A stretch of 64,000 nt of DNA from Eledone cirrhosa. Taxonomy: Eukaryota. The translations under genes and the position numbers were made by a program. The stretch is taken from NCBI GenBank assembly GCA_964016885.1, contig OZ024742.1:120280001-120344000 (forward strand), given 5' to 3'. Below are positions 41,606 to 54,055 of this stretch, piece by piece (the first letter of the stretch is position 1; every line of letters begins with the position of its first letter). The notes beneath the pieces are model-generated. The model was not told where the DNA came from and ran no database searches. It worked only from the letters and a program-made list of their open reading frames with translations.

Positions 41606-41764
41606 CGTTTCTGAATTTGTTTAGCAAGATTCTTTATCTGAAAATGTGTGTGAAAACGTGTTCTTTTCTGTGTTTTGTGCCTCTCCTTTGTTCTGTCCTA
41701 CACCAAAACAAGATGGCGTAGGACAGAACAAAGGAGAGGCATAAAACAAAGAAAAGAATCTCCA

Positions 41765-41807
41765 GTCACTGAAGAGGTCACAGAATGTGTGACGAAAGAA
41801 CTTTGAC
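41765..41807 (+). ncRNA. Minimal type-I hammerhead ribozyme-like motif (Penelope-type)
   Basis: gtca-CTGAAGA-g-gtcaca/gaatg/tgtgac-GAAA-g-aa-c-T-T-tgac: 4-bp stem I, 6-bp stem II, 2-bp stem III. Confidence 0.6.
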
Positions 41808-41954
41808 AATATATGAACAACCGTCCGGTTGTGGACCCAACCAACCAACCGGAAATTTATAAATTCTTAAATTTATTAATTTAATTTATAATAAATTGAA
41901 GTGAAAGCAACTGGTACGTGTGTTTCTTATTGGCAACATGACTCTCCCAAAGTA

Positions 41955-42007
<53 letters not shown>

Positions 42008-42335
42008 CACTGATTGCAAATAGAAAAAGGCTGTCACTGGATATAGAAAAAAAAAAAAATTTAAAAAGAAGATGATATTATCTAACAACAGAAAGGAAAT
42101 TTACTAGCAATAACATACAAGGACAAGAGAAATTAATTTTCCATCCACTTGTGCTCAGATGCATGTAGATGAAACATGGCACACCAACAGCTACAAAGAT
42201 GGTGTAGATTGAATGAATTAGATGATGGGTTATTCCTCAGTGGTAACACTTGTTTAGGTATTTAATAACTGTGAGAATTGTGAGAGTATATATATATATA
42301 TATATATATATATTCACAACCTGCTATATAGTAAA

Positions 42336-43269
42336 TATATATATAAAATTAAGTGTGTGTGTGTGTGTCTGTGTATTACCTATAGAGGGCCTACATCTTA
42401 CGACCGATTTTCATGAAACTTTACAGGCTCATAGATTAGTCATCGGGGAGTGTTTTCTATATATCAGCGTATCGTTTTTTTATTCCAGGGTCATTCTGCA
42501 GATAAAAATCGATTGGGGGGGGGGGGGGGGTCACCTTTTTTTTAGGTATCGAAAAATAAGATTTTTGGCTCTAGCTACCACATTTTGCCACCAATTTCGT
42601 TCAAATTTTAAAGCAAAATAGAATTTATCATTCCACATCCTGTAATGGCTTTATATTTTGCATTTGTTGTTCAGGGACGGCATGGCAGCCGCTTATATAT
42701 TCAAAAATACCACTTTTAGACTCAAATTTCCACTTTTTCAGCTCTAGCTCCCACATTAATCAACCTACTTTGTTCAAATTTTACACTATGCTAGATCTGA
42801 TTATTTCACGTCTTAAAATGGCTTTACATTTGGGATTTTTTCAGGAACGGCGTGGCAGCCGCTTAAATATTCGAAAATACCACCTTTTCGCTCAAATTTC
42901 TGCCTTTTCGGCTCTAGCTCCCACATTTTTCAACCGATTTCGTTCAAATTCGAAACTTCGGCTCCTCCTCACACATAAATCAATTTATTTGGTTCAACTT
43001 TTATACTACGATAGAACCTATCATTGCACATCTTATAGTAGCTTTACACTTTGCATTTTTTGTTCAGGGACGGCGTGGCAGCCGTTTAACTCTTCAAAAT
43101 ATGATTTTTTTCCACCTCCCACATATTCCATACGATTTCACTCAACATTTCGCCATTTGCTACACCGTACGACCGATTTTCAAGAAACTCGTAGTCGCTA
43201 AGATCAACACTTTTTCATCAAAGCAGATATTATTTTACCTACCCAGGCAACGCTGGGTACTGCTGCTAG
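42336..43269 (+). mobile_element. Non-autonomous Helitron with internal ~175-190-bp tandem repeats
   Basis: 5' tatatatataaaat..(gt)n; 3' hairpin acccaggcaacgctgggt then CTAG|T at 43266-43270; three internal units with gctctagctcccacatt...cagggacggcgtggcagccg. Confidence 0.8.
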
Positions 43270-44599
43270 TATATGTATATATTTACTATATAGCAGGTTG
43301 TGAAGGACTCAAAATTAATGTGGCTATCAAATCATGTGTAGATGTAGCAATGCAGTTGAGGGTAAGCCATTCAGCTAAAGATAACTGTTTAAAAGAAAGT
43401 CTAATCTGCCAGAAGTATATTCCACTGAATTCAGTCAATCAATGTAAAGATAGGGAGAATGGATGGCCACAAAAAAAAAAGTGCTGAGAATGCTAACATC
43501 AGAAAAGGAAATCTAGTTGATGGCCAACTGAAACTAGCCTCCAATGTACATTGTGAGGCTACATTATGTAAAATGAGAGGTTTAACAATTTTCCATGAAA
43601 TAAATATTAAACTAGTTTATTTTATATATAATTTAATTCTTTAAAATATTCTATTTGCAAATTTACCACAATTTCAATTTTTTGTATTATATTTACCTGT
43701 AAGGTTAATGACAAATTTTAATTAATTATATTAATGAGCCATTATTCATGTATTTATGTCTATGACTGTCTGAATTTATTTCATTTTGTAATTTTCTTCC
43801 AACACTAATTCCAGTATGAGGCATCCGTTTTACAGGTTCTCAAGTTTTATTGATAATCGAACAATGCACTCACTTCTCCTCTGCTATAATTAGGCAGTAT
43901 ACACAGTTGAATATTGGAATATAATTTGTTTTATATGATTATATTTAAATAAAAATTAAATAATTATACATTTATAGTAGTTTGGAGACAAAAATTATGC
44001 AATAGATATATTTAAAAATCTTTTGTTAAGTTGTGTTTCAAAAATCACATTCATATATCAATAATCAAAAAAGTTTTTTAGTTGTTTTATGAAACCAGTG
44101 TAAGTTCCTAACTATTTTAAAATTGAATTGAAATACCGTATATACTCGCATATAGGTCGCACTTTTTTAACGATAAATAAGTATACATTTTTGGGGTGCG
44201 ACCTATCAGATCGACATCAGACTGACCAATAATTTTTCCTAGACTTAATCAACGATATGTATTTATAAAAATAACTTTGTTAATATTTTTTATTATTTAA
44301 CATAATAATTTCATATATCTACCTACTTATACATATATTTCTTGATTTTAAATTTTTTACTAAAACTTTGTAGTGTTTACGTTTTTTTTCTATCTGACCG
44401 AACCATCCATCATTAAAATCCATAGAAATGCATACCTCGTATTTAAAATGTGATTTCATTGTCTTAGCGTTGCTATGAACACGTATTGTGATGTATTTAC
44501 TTTAACAGGAAACAGATTATTGCATGTGGCGTTTCTTTTCAAAATTAGCAAGTGAGAAAAGTTGATAGTTGAAATTTTTTTTATAATTCACCGAGAAAT

Positions 44600-44986
44600 A
44601 TGAATTCCAGTAAGAGAAAAAGTTATCAAACAGTTTTCAAGTTAAAGGTGGTTGGTTATGCAGAAGAATTTGGAAATAGATCAGCAGAAAGGGAGTTTGG
44701 AGTGTCAGAAAAGGTGGTGGAACAAAAAGACAAGCTGGGAGAAATGCCTAAATCAAAGAGAGCAGCAAGGTTTGGAGTATCACCATATCAAGATATTGAA
44801 AAAGAGCTAAATGATTGGGTTTTAGATATCAGGAAAAATGGACACATTGTTACAAGACTTTCTATAAGAACGAAAGCCCTTCAACTTATACCAAAGTACC
44901 ACTTATCCCAATTTAAATCGTCAGCAGGGTTGTGCACCAGGTTTATGAATAGGTTTGGACTGACTCTTCGCCAAAAGACAGTGTAA
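44600..44986 (+). pseudogene. Truncated pogo/POGK-type transposase (Brinker-like DBD + CENP-B-type HTH; DDE domain absent)
   Basis: RKSY..FKLKVV.YAE..GNRSAEREFGVSEK and IEKELNDWVL..RKNG..VTR..IR.KA...FKSS.G.CTRFMNRFGLTLRQKT. Confidence 0.85.
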
Positions 44987-45405
44987 ATTTACGTAACAGA
45001 ATGTTCCCAATATATAAGTTCATTAACAGGTGTGAACATGTATTGGTGTTGTATCTTTCAACCACATTGCTGTAATATTTTCGATGGTGTCCGTCAGATC
45101 TTCGCTTTCACTTTCAAAGTAACTATCATCGTCAGAAATAAATACGTCTGATTCATTTGAAGATAAATCACTAATATTATCTTGTGTTTCTTTTTCATTT
45201 CGAATGTCGTCGCATGTAAAACCTTCAAAGTCGGTATTCGCTACTTTGGGAAGCGATGTTGATACGCAAAAAATCTGTTATACTTTCAACACGTGTTATT
45301 TCAAGTTGTTTCATTATATTAAGAGTTAATTTTCACGCTTAAAGGCTTTATCTCGCAGTATTCTCGAATTGACGAGATTTCGATGACGTTAATGTTTATT
45401 TTATA
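44979..45405 (-). mobile_element. Captured inverted fragment of an internally deleted piggyBac
   Basis: Reverse complement aligns to 46950..47338 joined directly to 48852..48910; no piggyBac TIRs or TTAA ends. Confidence 0.85.
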
Positions 45406-45687
45406 AATAAAACATGGTTTGGAGTATATATCGCAACGGTGAAGTAATGGAAATCTAACAGATTATTAGTTTCAATTATCATAAAAAATAGTAGTTTGAC
45501 GGCCCAAATTTCAGTGCGACCTATCTGCGAGTCAATGACCAATAGCCTATTTGTTAAATGAAAAGTGGGTGTGCGACCTATCTGCCGGGGCAACCTATAC
45601 GCGAGTATATACGGTATTTAGAGAGTGTATTTTAATTGGAATATGATAATGGAAGGGTTAATTAAGAGCTTTTGATCAACAACTTAC

Positions 45688-45736
45688 CTAATAAAGTCTA
45701 AATGAGAACTGATGTTTTCTTGTACACATTCATCAA
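45688..45736 (-). CDS. Candidate host-gene exon (xDECVQENISSHLDFIx)
   Basis: Acceptor ttctattctttttatctattacag|TT, donor AG|gtaagt; 49 nt, phase 1 to 2, only one frame open. Confidence 0.5.
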
Positions 45737-46851
45737 CTGTAATAGATAAAAAGAATAGAAATAAGTATAAATTAATAGACATTGAAACATACACACATAC
45801 ATAAATGTAGATTAATTGAAATGATGCTGAGATACACTTCATTCCAGTGTCCAAGATCAATTATCTGAAAAACATGATAACCAAGGAAGAACAGTCCCCA
45901 GTAAGAGTTAAAATTAAACCTAAGCAACAACAACTAAATGGAAATACAAGATATATAGCACAGACCACACAAAAATGTATGACAGCACTGCTTCAGTATG
46001 ACCTCAGCTATACAATGAACTCAATACAAGATGTATAACACAGACCACACAAATATTTATTGTAAATTATTTTTTTTTAAAGCTAGCTGGAAAATGTTAG
46101 CATCCTTGATATTAATTTGTCAAGAAATATCAGTGAAGAGAAATATTATTGCTGATATCGACATAAGACCACAAATAGAGGCAGGTATAGCCAATATAAC
46201 TTGACTACATTACTGGAACTGTTTTTTGTATCAACCTTTCAGAGATGTAAGGCAAAATCTACACTGGGCTGATTTGAACACACAACATAAAGGTATGTAA
46301 CTAAATACTGCAAATTATTTTGTTTGTTGCTCAATAATACAAAAATGTATAAAGGTTTTTAGACCAACAACAAAATTCTTTGTTGGTGATTTAAACAACA
46401 AAATTCTTTGTTGGTGATTTAATTATGATTACAGACCTAACGTTTTTGTTTGAATGAGAAAGGAAACCAGCATGACTGAAGCTTGCATGGTTATTATTTT
46501 GTGAGATGTAACTGGAATTTATGATTCCTCAAGGGGTTGTAGTGGATTTGTGTTTAGTTTTTTTCCAAAGATAGCATTATTGACACATTTTTACTGCAGC
46601 ATCAAAAGCAACTTCTTTATGAAGTGAATTTCACACTGAAGACTTCAAATAAAACAGAATTGAGTTCAGTTTTCACAAGGGCATTACAGCATCTACGTAA
46701 ATAATTAGTAGCAGTGATTTAGGCAGTGATAATAAACTGGAATTGTTGACTCCAATGCAATGACATAAAGGACACTGAGTTAATTTCTAACAGCTTCTGT
46801 TAGAAATTCAACTGGCTGGATATTACTTGCACCAGTCAAATGATATGTTAA

Positions 46852-49221
46852 CCCTTTAGTGTTCAAACCGCCCGAAAGCGCCCAAAATTATTTCCCCTTC
46901 ATTTGTTGAAAGCGCCCGAAAACACCTACACTAAAATATCATTCTAAAAATAAACAAACCATCATCAAAATCTCGTCAATTCGAGGCTACTGCGAGATTA
47001 GGCCTTTACCACGAAAATTAACACTTAATATAGTGAAACAAGTTAAAGCAACACGTGTTTTTTTAACTTTGAAAGTGCAACACATTTTTTTTGTATCAAC
47101 ATGGCTTCTGAAAGTAGAGATACCGACTTTGAAGGTTTTACACAAGACGACATTCAGATTGAACAAGAAACAAAAGATAATATTAGTGATATATCATCAA
47201 ATAAATCTGATGTTTATATTTCTGAAATTTCGTCCGACGAAGATTGTTATTTTGAAAGTGAAAGCGAAGCAGATCTCCAGGGCGCCATTGAAGATATTTC
47301 AGCAACATGGTCGAAAAATACCACACCAATACATGTTCCCGATTTTGTTGAAAATACTGGTCCACAGCATATATTACCTCCCGATGCTAAAGCACTGGAT
47401 TATTTCTTTTTGTTTTTGCCACAAACTTTCTTCGAAGTTGTGGCAAAAGAGACGAATCAATATGTCCAACAGCAGATTTCATATCAAAGAAAACTCGATC
47501 AGTTATGGCGACCTTCAGATGCTGCGGAGATGCAACCGTTTTTTACCATAAACATTATGTTTGGTATAAAACAATTTCCAAGACTGTGGAATTACTGGTT
47601 TAGCGACCCTTATATATCGAGTATTATGCCAAAAACAAGGTATTTGAAATTAAACCAATATTTGCATCTGGTTGATACTTCAAATGCCCCTGGTAGAAAT
47701 GATTTCAATTATGACCCTCTGTATAAAGTTCGACCAGTAATTAAAATGCTCTCGGAAAAATTTAAAACAGTGTATATACTTGGGAAAAAAACTTAGTGTT
47801 GATGAAGCTATGATTGGGTATAAGGGTAGGATTCATTTTAGACAATACATGCCAGCTAAACCCACTAAATGGGGCATCAAGGTGTGGGAACTCTGTGAAT
47901 CGGACACAGGCTACTGTGTAAACTTTGATGTTTACACAGGAAAGAAACACAACGGAGAGAGAAAATATGGCTTGGGGTACGATGTTGTGTGGTCTCTGAC
48001 TGAACCCTTTCACTCTCAACACATATTTTGATCGTTTTTTTTCTTCAGTGCGTCTAGCAGAGGATCTTGCCCTCGTAAATACGTACACCTGCGGTACAAT
48101 AGTGGGGAATCGCAAAGGGCTACCCCAAGAAATGAAAATCACAAAATTTAAAAATAGAGGGGACATTTTCCAATTGCAAAAAAGGAACTTGTTAGCCACA
48201 TTGTATAAAGACAAGTGGCAAATTTTGTTCCTATCGTCTAACCAAGAACCAGGAGTTGGGGCTGAAGGTAAATCTTTAGTCAACCTCTCCTATAATAAAT
48301 ATATGGGGGAGGGGGGGGGGGGGACAAATCCGACCAATATTGCGCCTACTACCCCGTTGGACGCTCTAGGAAGAAATGGTGGAGATATATCTTGTGGTTT
48401 TTAGTGAATTTAACCATTGTGAATTCTTTTATTGTATTCACTAAAAGCCACAAGAATCCGCCACCACCAAAGGACTACTGCCACATGAAATTTCGTGTAG
48501 ATGTTGCCTCTCAGCTACGTGGAGGATATTCTTCTCGTAAACACAAAGCTGGGAGAAAGTCGAAATTATCTGAGGTAAACACGGAAAATATTGATTTTCA
48601 CAAAGTGGAGAAAATTAATGGGAGGAAGAAGGTTTGCCGAATGTGCTCTTTGCAAAAGAGAAAAACTGTTAAAGGTTATGGAATTCAAACCATGTTTATG
48701 TGTTCATTTTGCAAAGTGCCATTATGTAAAGGCTGTTTTGGCCAATATCATGATAGAAATATTGTCTGACAATATTGAAAAAAATATTTTAAAAATATAT
48801 TGGAACACATTAGATATAAAAACACCTGCATTCACCTGTGTCACACCTGAATCACACCTGTTAATGAATCACACCTGTTATTGGGCACATTCTGTTATAT
48901 AAATCTACTCAGTACATTGTGTAAGAGTATATTGCCAATATTATTTTAACTGGTGAAAGAGTTTTATACATTTTTTTCAATGAAAATATTTGCATGAAAT
49001 GTAGAGACAGACTAAAACCGTGTACTGAGTATACCTGCATTTTAAATTAATTCACCTGTTCGGAAATGTGCTAAGATTGTTGGAAGTCAACATTTAGGTC
49101 ATTGTTGGATATTCTTTGTAACAAATCTAGCAGATAAAGTTTTAATTTTTGTGTTTATCCATAAAGTCATTACTTTTACACCTGTTAATTAATTTCACCT
49201 GCCCATAAAAGTCAAATTTAA

Positions 49222-49255
<34 letters not shown>

Positions 49256-49440
49256 GGTAAAAATATACAATTGTAAATTATTGATATTTTAACATCTACT
49301 GACAAAATTTCAAGTCTGCACATAGAAAATTAAGAAAATTACAAACAAATGAAATTTAGTATGAAATTGAGTATGATTAACTCAAAATAAATGCGAACAG
49401 ATAAGCATGACATTTGAAAATTAATGCAAATGCTAAAGGG
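46852..49440 (+). mobile_element. Full-length piggyBac transposon (2589 bp)
   Basis: TTAA TSDs (46848-51, 49441-44); TIR ccctttagtgtt / aatgctaaaggg. Confidence 0.95.
47101..48769 (+). pseudogene. piggyBac (PGBD4-like) DDD transposase, frameshifted
   Basis: YDPLYKVRP, LSVDEAMIGYKGR..FRQYMPAKPTKWGIKVW, HIF-DRFFSS, YNKYMG-(DKSDQ), C-terminal CRMC..CSFCKVPLCKGCF..YH; at least three frameshifts. Confidence 0.93.
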
Positions 49441-51132
49441 TTAAAGGGTAAATTTTCTTCAAAAAATATAATAGTTCTTTTCTTTACTTTTATAACCCAG
49501 TTAAATTAATGTACATAATATTTCCAGGTAAATTTTTGAAGATTGGAAAACATAAATTTTCACAAAATACAAAATCAAAGAAACTATTGTTATATTTAAT
49601 CTAGTGCTTGTAATTAATTTGAGAAGAATAACATTTTCTCTGTGGTAAGAATTAGTGTTTAAGTTAGGTCATGATTAATGCACTGTAGATCACACCTGAA
49701 AATTGATTATCTTTTATTTTTATCTCTATACTTGTATTTATTGAATATAAATTTATCCAGCTGTATTTGGTAATGTTACATAGAAATTATTTAGTGATGA
49801 TGTGAATACTCAGTCACAATCAGAGCAGTATGTACTCCAAAATAAACATGTACCTAAAGACATAAAATTATGCATAACGCATTTAAGGAAACACTTCTTT
49901 TATCTTAAACAATGCAGTATGTGTGTGTGTGTGTGCGTGCGTGCGCGCGCATTTTCCAAATACATTTACTTATCTAAAGTTAGTACTAACATGGCTGTGT
50001 AATTAAGAAGTACGCATCAAAGCATTTTGGATTCAATCCTATTGCATGGTACTCTGGGCAAGTGTTTGTTAATAAACCCTCTAGCTGCCTAACACCTTTT
50101 GAATGAGTTTGGTAGGTGGAAACTGAGTGGAAGCCTGTGTGTGTGTGTGTGTGTGCGCATGCACACATTTGCATCTATCTCTGCATGTGCTTCTGCATTT
50201 TAACAAGCACTGCCATTTGTTTATGTCCTGTGGTTAGCAGTTCATCAAAGATCAATGGAATAAGTACCATATTTTTACAAAAAAAAAGGAAAATGAAATA
50301 TGAGTTGGCATCAGGAAGGGTATCCAACACATGCCAGCATGGAAAAGTATGCATAAGGATACTGATGATTTAAACAAGTTAATAGTAAACATTTGAAATT
50401 TTCCACAAAGCCAAATTTCTCTAAAACCTATGAAATAATTTAAAGACTTCAGCTTCTTGGCAATGTACTAAAGAGAAGATAGTATTAGTCTTCATACTGC
50501 CTACTTCTGAGCTATATTTCCTTCACAGACTCTTAGCCAAATGATATTAAGTTTTTGTCATGCCAGAAGGTATATTATCAAAAATTGCATATTCTTGCCT
50601 CTTGAGATATTTTCTTTTTTAGTTGCATTTGAAAATGTATGAGTTTAGTTAGTTTCTTAATTTCTTACTAACCACAAAACATATTACTTTTAAAGAATTT
50701 CAAAATTGCAAAATTAATTGCAAACAAAAACAACAAAAAAATACAGTTTTTTCAAGAGATTGTAGCTGTGCTATTTTGCATGCTTCCACCACTATGTTAG
50801 TCTAAGTTAGAATAGTTTTCAATATTTTTTTTCCTAATAACAGCACCTCTAGGATCTATCAGCAACAGCCCCAGGCTGCTGGTATTGAAAAAGTACTGAA
50901 TTAGACTTCTTCAGGAGTTTTTTTTTATCTGTACTTTTCCTTTCACCCATTTCTTTAACATGTTTCAGTGTCATACTTAACCACTTCACTATAGCTTTTA
51001 TAAATCACTACTTCTAATATCAAACTTCAGCATTACTTTTACTCATTCCCATTAAATAGCCATTTCTTTGCAATCTTATCACTTACAGAAAGAACTTTCT
51101 TTGTATTCCAAGCAATTTCAAATGAGGTAAAT

Positions 51133-52850
51133 TCTTCTTTTTCTTCTTTACCCACTTATTCCTGAGAGGGTCGTGGGGGCAGAGTCCTCAAACACTCCCC
51201 CCAGCAGGTCCTGTCAGAATCAACCATCTCCAATATAGAGTGCACTGCGCAGTCTTCCTTAGGAGGATGAGTGACTCAGTTTTCACAGCACTGATTTTCA
51301 TTCCAGCCATGTAGCACTCAGCATAAAAACCTATCAAGTGCAAGTCTGAGATCACATTCTATTGAGTTAAGTAACACCATGTAATCTGCAAATTCCAGCA
51401 GACTAATTTTACACCCATGATTCATGATTCCACTTCCAACCCAACTGTGCATGTGAATCCTGTTCCTATAAATAATTGTTTCTACTTTTGGCACAAGGCC
51501 AGTAATTACCCAATACATTACTGGTACTTTATTTTATCGACCCCGTAAGGATGAAAGGCAAAGTTAACCTCGGCGGGATTTGAACTCAGAATGGCAAGGG
51601 CCGTAACTATATACGTCAAAGCATGGCGTCCGACCCTCTACCGATACTGCCAATTCACCGCCCTAAATAATTGTTTCTACTTTAGGCACAAGGCCAGCAA
51701 ATGAACAGGAGACAGTACAGACTATTGGTCAAGTCAGACTCCCACATTGAATGGTTTCGATTTAGCACCATTTATCCGAACACATATATTCAGGCCTTCA
51801 TATAGAAACATCAGGGCAGCAAGAAGCTGACCATCGATCCCATACTCTTGCACAACCTTCCACAGCAGGTCCTGAGGGACACGGTCATATGCCTTTTCAA
51901 GGTTGACAAAACAAGAATATACTTCTTGGAAATATTCCCACAATTTCTCAAAGACCTGCCACAGTGTCAGCTGTGCTGCGTCCGGTAAACAATATATTTA
52001 TTACATTGCTGATATATCTAAACTGTGCGGTTGTTGAGCTCTTCAGGGTGGCACTGACTATATCTTGAGTGACAGCATTGAGTCTGCAAATGTCATTGGC
52101 TGAGCTGCGTCTGCAGTGTTGATTAGGCAGGGATCAATTGGGACAGGTTTAAAAAGGCTGAAGGGCTCCTTCCAGCGTTTACAGCGGGTGTTTTCTGTAG
52201 TGATGTTGCCATTGGTATCCTTCACCGGGGCTGTCTTGATCTCGAGACCACCATGCTCTCTGCGAAATGTGTTGAACATATGGCTGAGGTTGTTGTTCCT
52301 TGCTGCTGCCTCCAGGCGCTTGGCTTCTTCCATCCAAAACTTCTCCTGGTCATCTATCATGGCCTTGTTGCATATCCGGTTGAGCTGGTGGTGCTCATTC
52401 ATGATGTCACACAGGCGAGTCTTGCAAGGACAATTAATGATCTCCAGCATCTGCAGTGAAATCCAGAGTCATTTTGGAAGAGGTCTTGAGCATACCAGGA
52501 CATCATGTGCAGATTAGTTGATGCTTGATTTAAAGATCTCCCAGTTGCCACTCTCATCCTCAGCCAGGGTGCTCAAGTGATTGGCAATGAAGCACGCACA
52601 TGTAGAGGTAATGTTTGGACCATGAAGACAGGATGAGTCAAGGTAGGGCTGGTACTTGGTGGGAAGGTCCACTTGCAACCTCACCTTCAATGTCGCAGCC
52701 AGCAACCAATGGTTGGTGTTGCCAGGATGAGCTCCACAGTAGACTCAGCAGTTGGTGAAAATGACCTCCAACGGCAAGAGATGATGTTATTGCCTTCCAG
52801 GTGAAGCTGTCCATACTGTACTAAGTCCAGTGATGGATGACCCTAGTCTC
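51133..52850 (-). mobile_element. RTE family B copy with internal deletions, interrupted by SINEs
   Basis: FVNLEKAYDRVP, FADYMVLL, RWKE.F and endonuclease-end motifs; same (GAA)n 3' end as 275 and 14847. Confidence 0.85.
51474..51700 (-). mobile_element. Full-length SINE plus a ~30-nt tail stub of the same family, nested in the RTE
   Basis: Close to 34117..34302; taaataattgtttctactt(t/a)ggcacaaggccag occurs at ~51469 and ~51664. Confidence 0.85.
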
Positions 52851-53869
52851 ATCAAGCGAGAGCAAGAAGAAGAAAATATTTAAAGAAATAAATTCACAAT
52901 GATTTGGGAGGGAACCCTAGTATTTGAGTGGTACTTCATTTATTGACTTTGAAAGGATAAAAGTTGACCTCAAAGGGATTTGAATTCAGAACAAAAAGAG
53001 CCCAAACTAACCACAAATAAATAAGTATATAATAAAAACAAACAATAATCCCATTCCATTTCTTTCCAAATGTTGCATGTAAATTATTTCTCCTATTTTC
53101 TTTCATTAACGAACTATAAATCTTAGAATATATGCATTCTTTTCTCCAAACAGTACTAAAATATGTAAATGCATCCTTCTTTACAAAAATAATTTCAGTA
53201 GTTTATTGGTTATATGCCATTTTTATGCCACCCTCCTAACAAACCTATCACAAAGCTTTCTCAGTTACATTGAGGGTGAGGGAGGAATGAATGTTTTAAA
53301 GTAGTTACTTGCTTCAAAACTAATATACATAACTTCATTTTACTAAATTACTTCAGAATCACCACCATATTTTAACACACAGTAAAAATGTTTCCATTGA
53401 AGCAACTGTTAGTGAAATCCTGTGTCAATATATATTGCATACATGTTTTCATTAATCTGATATTTGCTGCCAAGCAAGGTTGGAGAGGGGTTTAGGTTAA
53501 TTGGCATAGACCCACACATAAGATGAGGCTTACTTCCACACAAATTCTAGTTCTTTCTTTCTCTTCTGTATCTTGTAAGTACATAATATACATTACGTGT
53601 ACATATCCATAACTCAAGACACATGTATTAAACAATGATTACTAAAATACTTAATGAGCAGTTTGAAATGGAACCTGCATTTAATACCTGCTTTCGGTCT
53701 ATAATCAATACTAGGGGAGTCTATATTTCTTATGTCCTGGGCCTCTTTCCACCTTTGCATAAGCCAGCTTGCCACCACGATAATAAATTCACCTCTCTCT
53801 TTCTCTCTCTCACAGAGAGAGAGAGAGAGAGAGAGAAACAGTATTTGAATATTTAATATTTTAAAGTAA

Positions 53870-54055
53870 ACACAGTCCACACTAATGTGGTCGTGTAGGT
53901 GACATGACAAAATGCACCTAGCACTGTAAATGTGGTTGGCGTTAGTAAGGGTATCCAGCTGTAGAAACCAAGCCTAAATCTGCCCCAGGTGAGCTAAACA
54001 TTGTCCTCTGACCTGATTCTCTCCCTAAGGGTCAACCAATCCAACCCATGCTAAG
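53870..54055 (+). mobile_element. RTE family A 3'-UTR fragment or RTE-tailed SINE
   Basis: cactgtaaatgtggttggcgttagtaagggtatccagctgtagaaa ... aacccatgcta. Confidence 0.65.

Larger units (their letters stand above)
44136..45614 (+). mobile_element. Tc2/pogo-family DNA transposon, non-autonomous chimera
   Basis: TA TSD (44134-35, 45615-16); TIR ccgtatatactcgc(a/g)tataggt(c/t)gc; subterminal gtgcgacctat repeats at ~44196, 45514, 45572. Confidence 0.9.

Noticed and set aside
43873-43882. 10-nt micro-exon candidate (tatag|cagaggagaa|gtgagt) that would bridge phase 2 to 0 in the host gene model
   Set aside because: Weak polypyrimidine tract and too short to support without RNA data.
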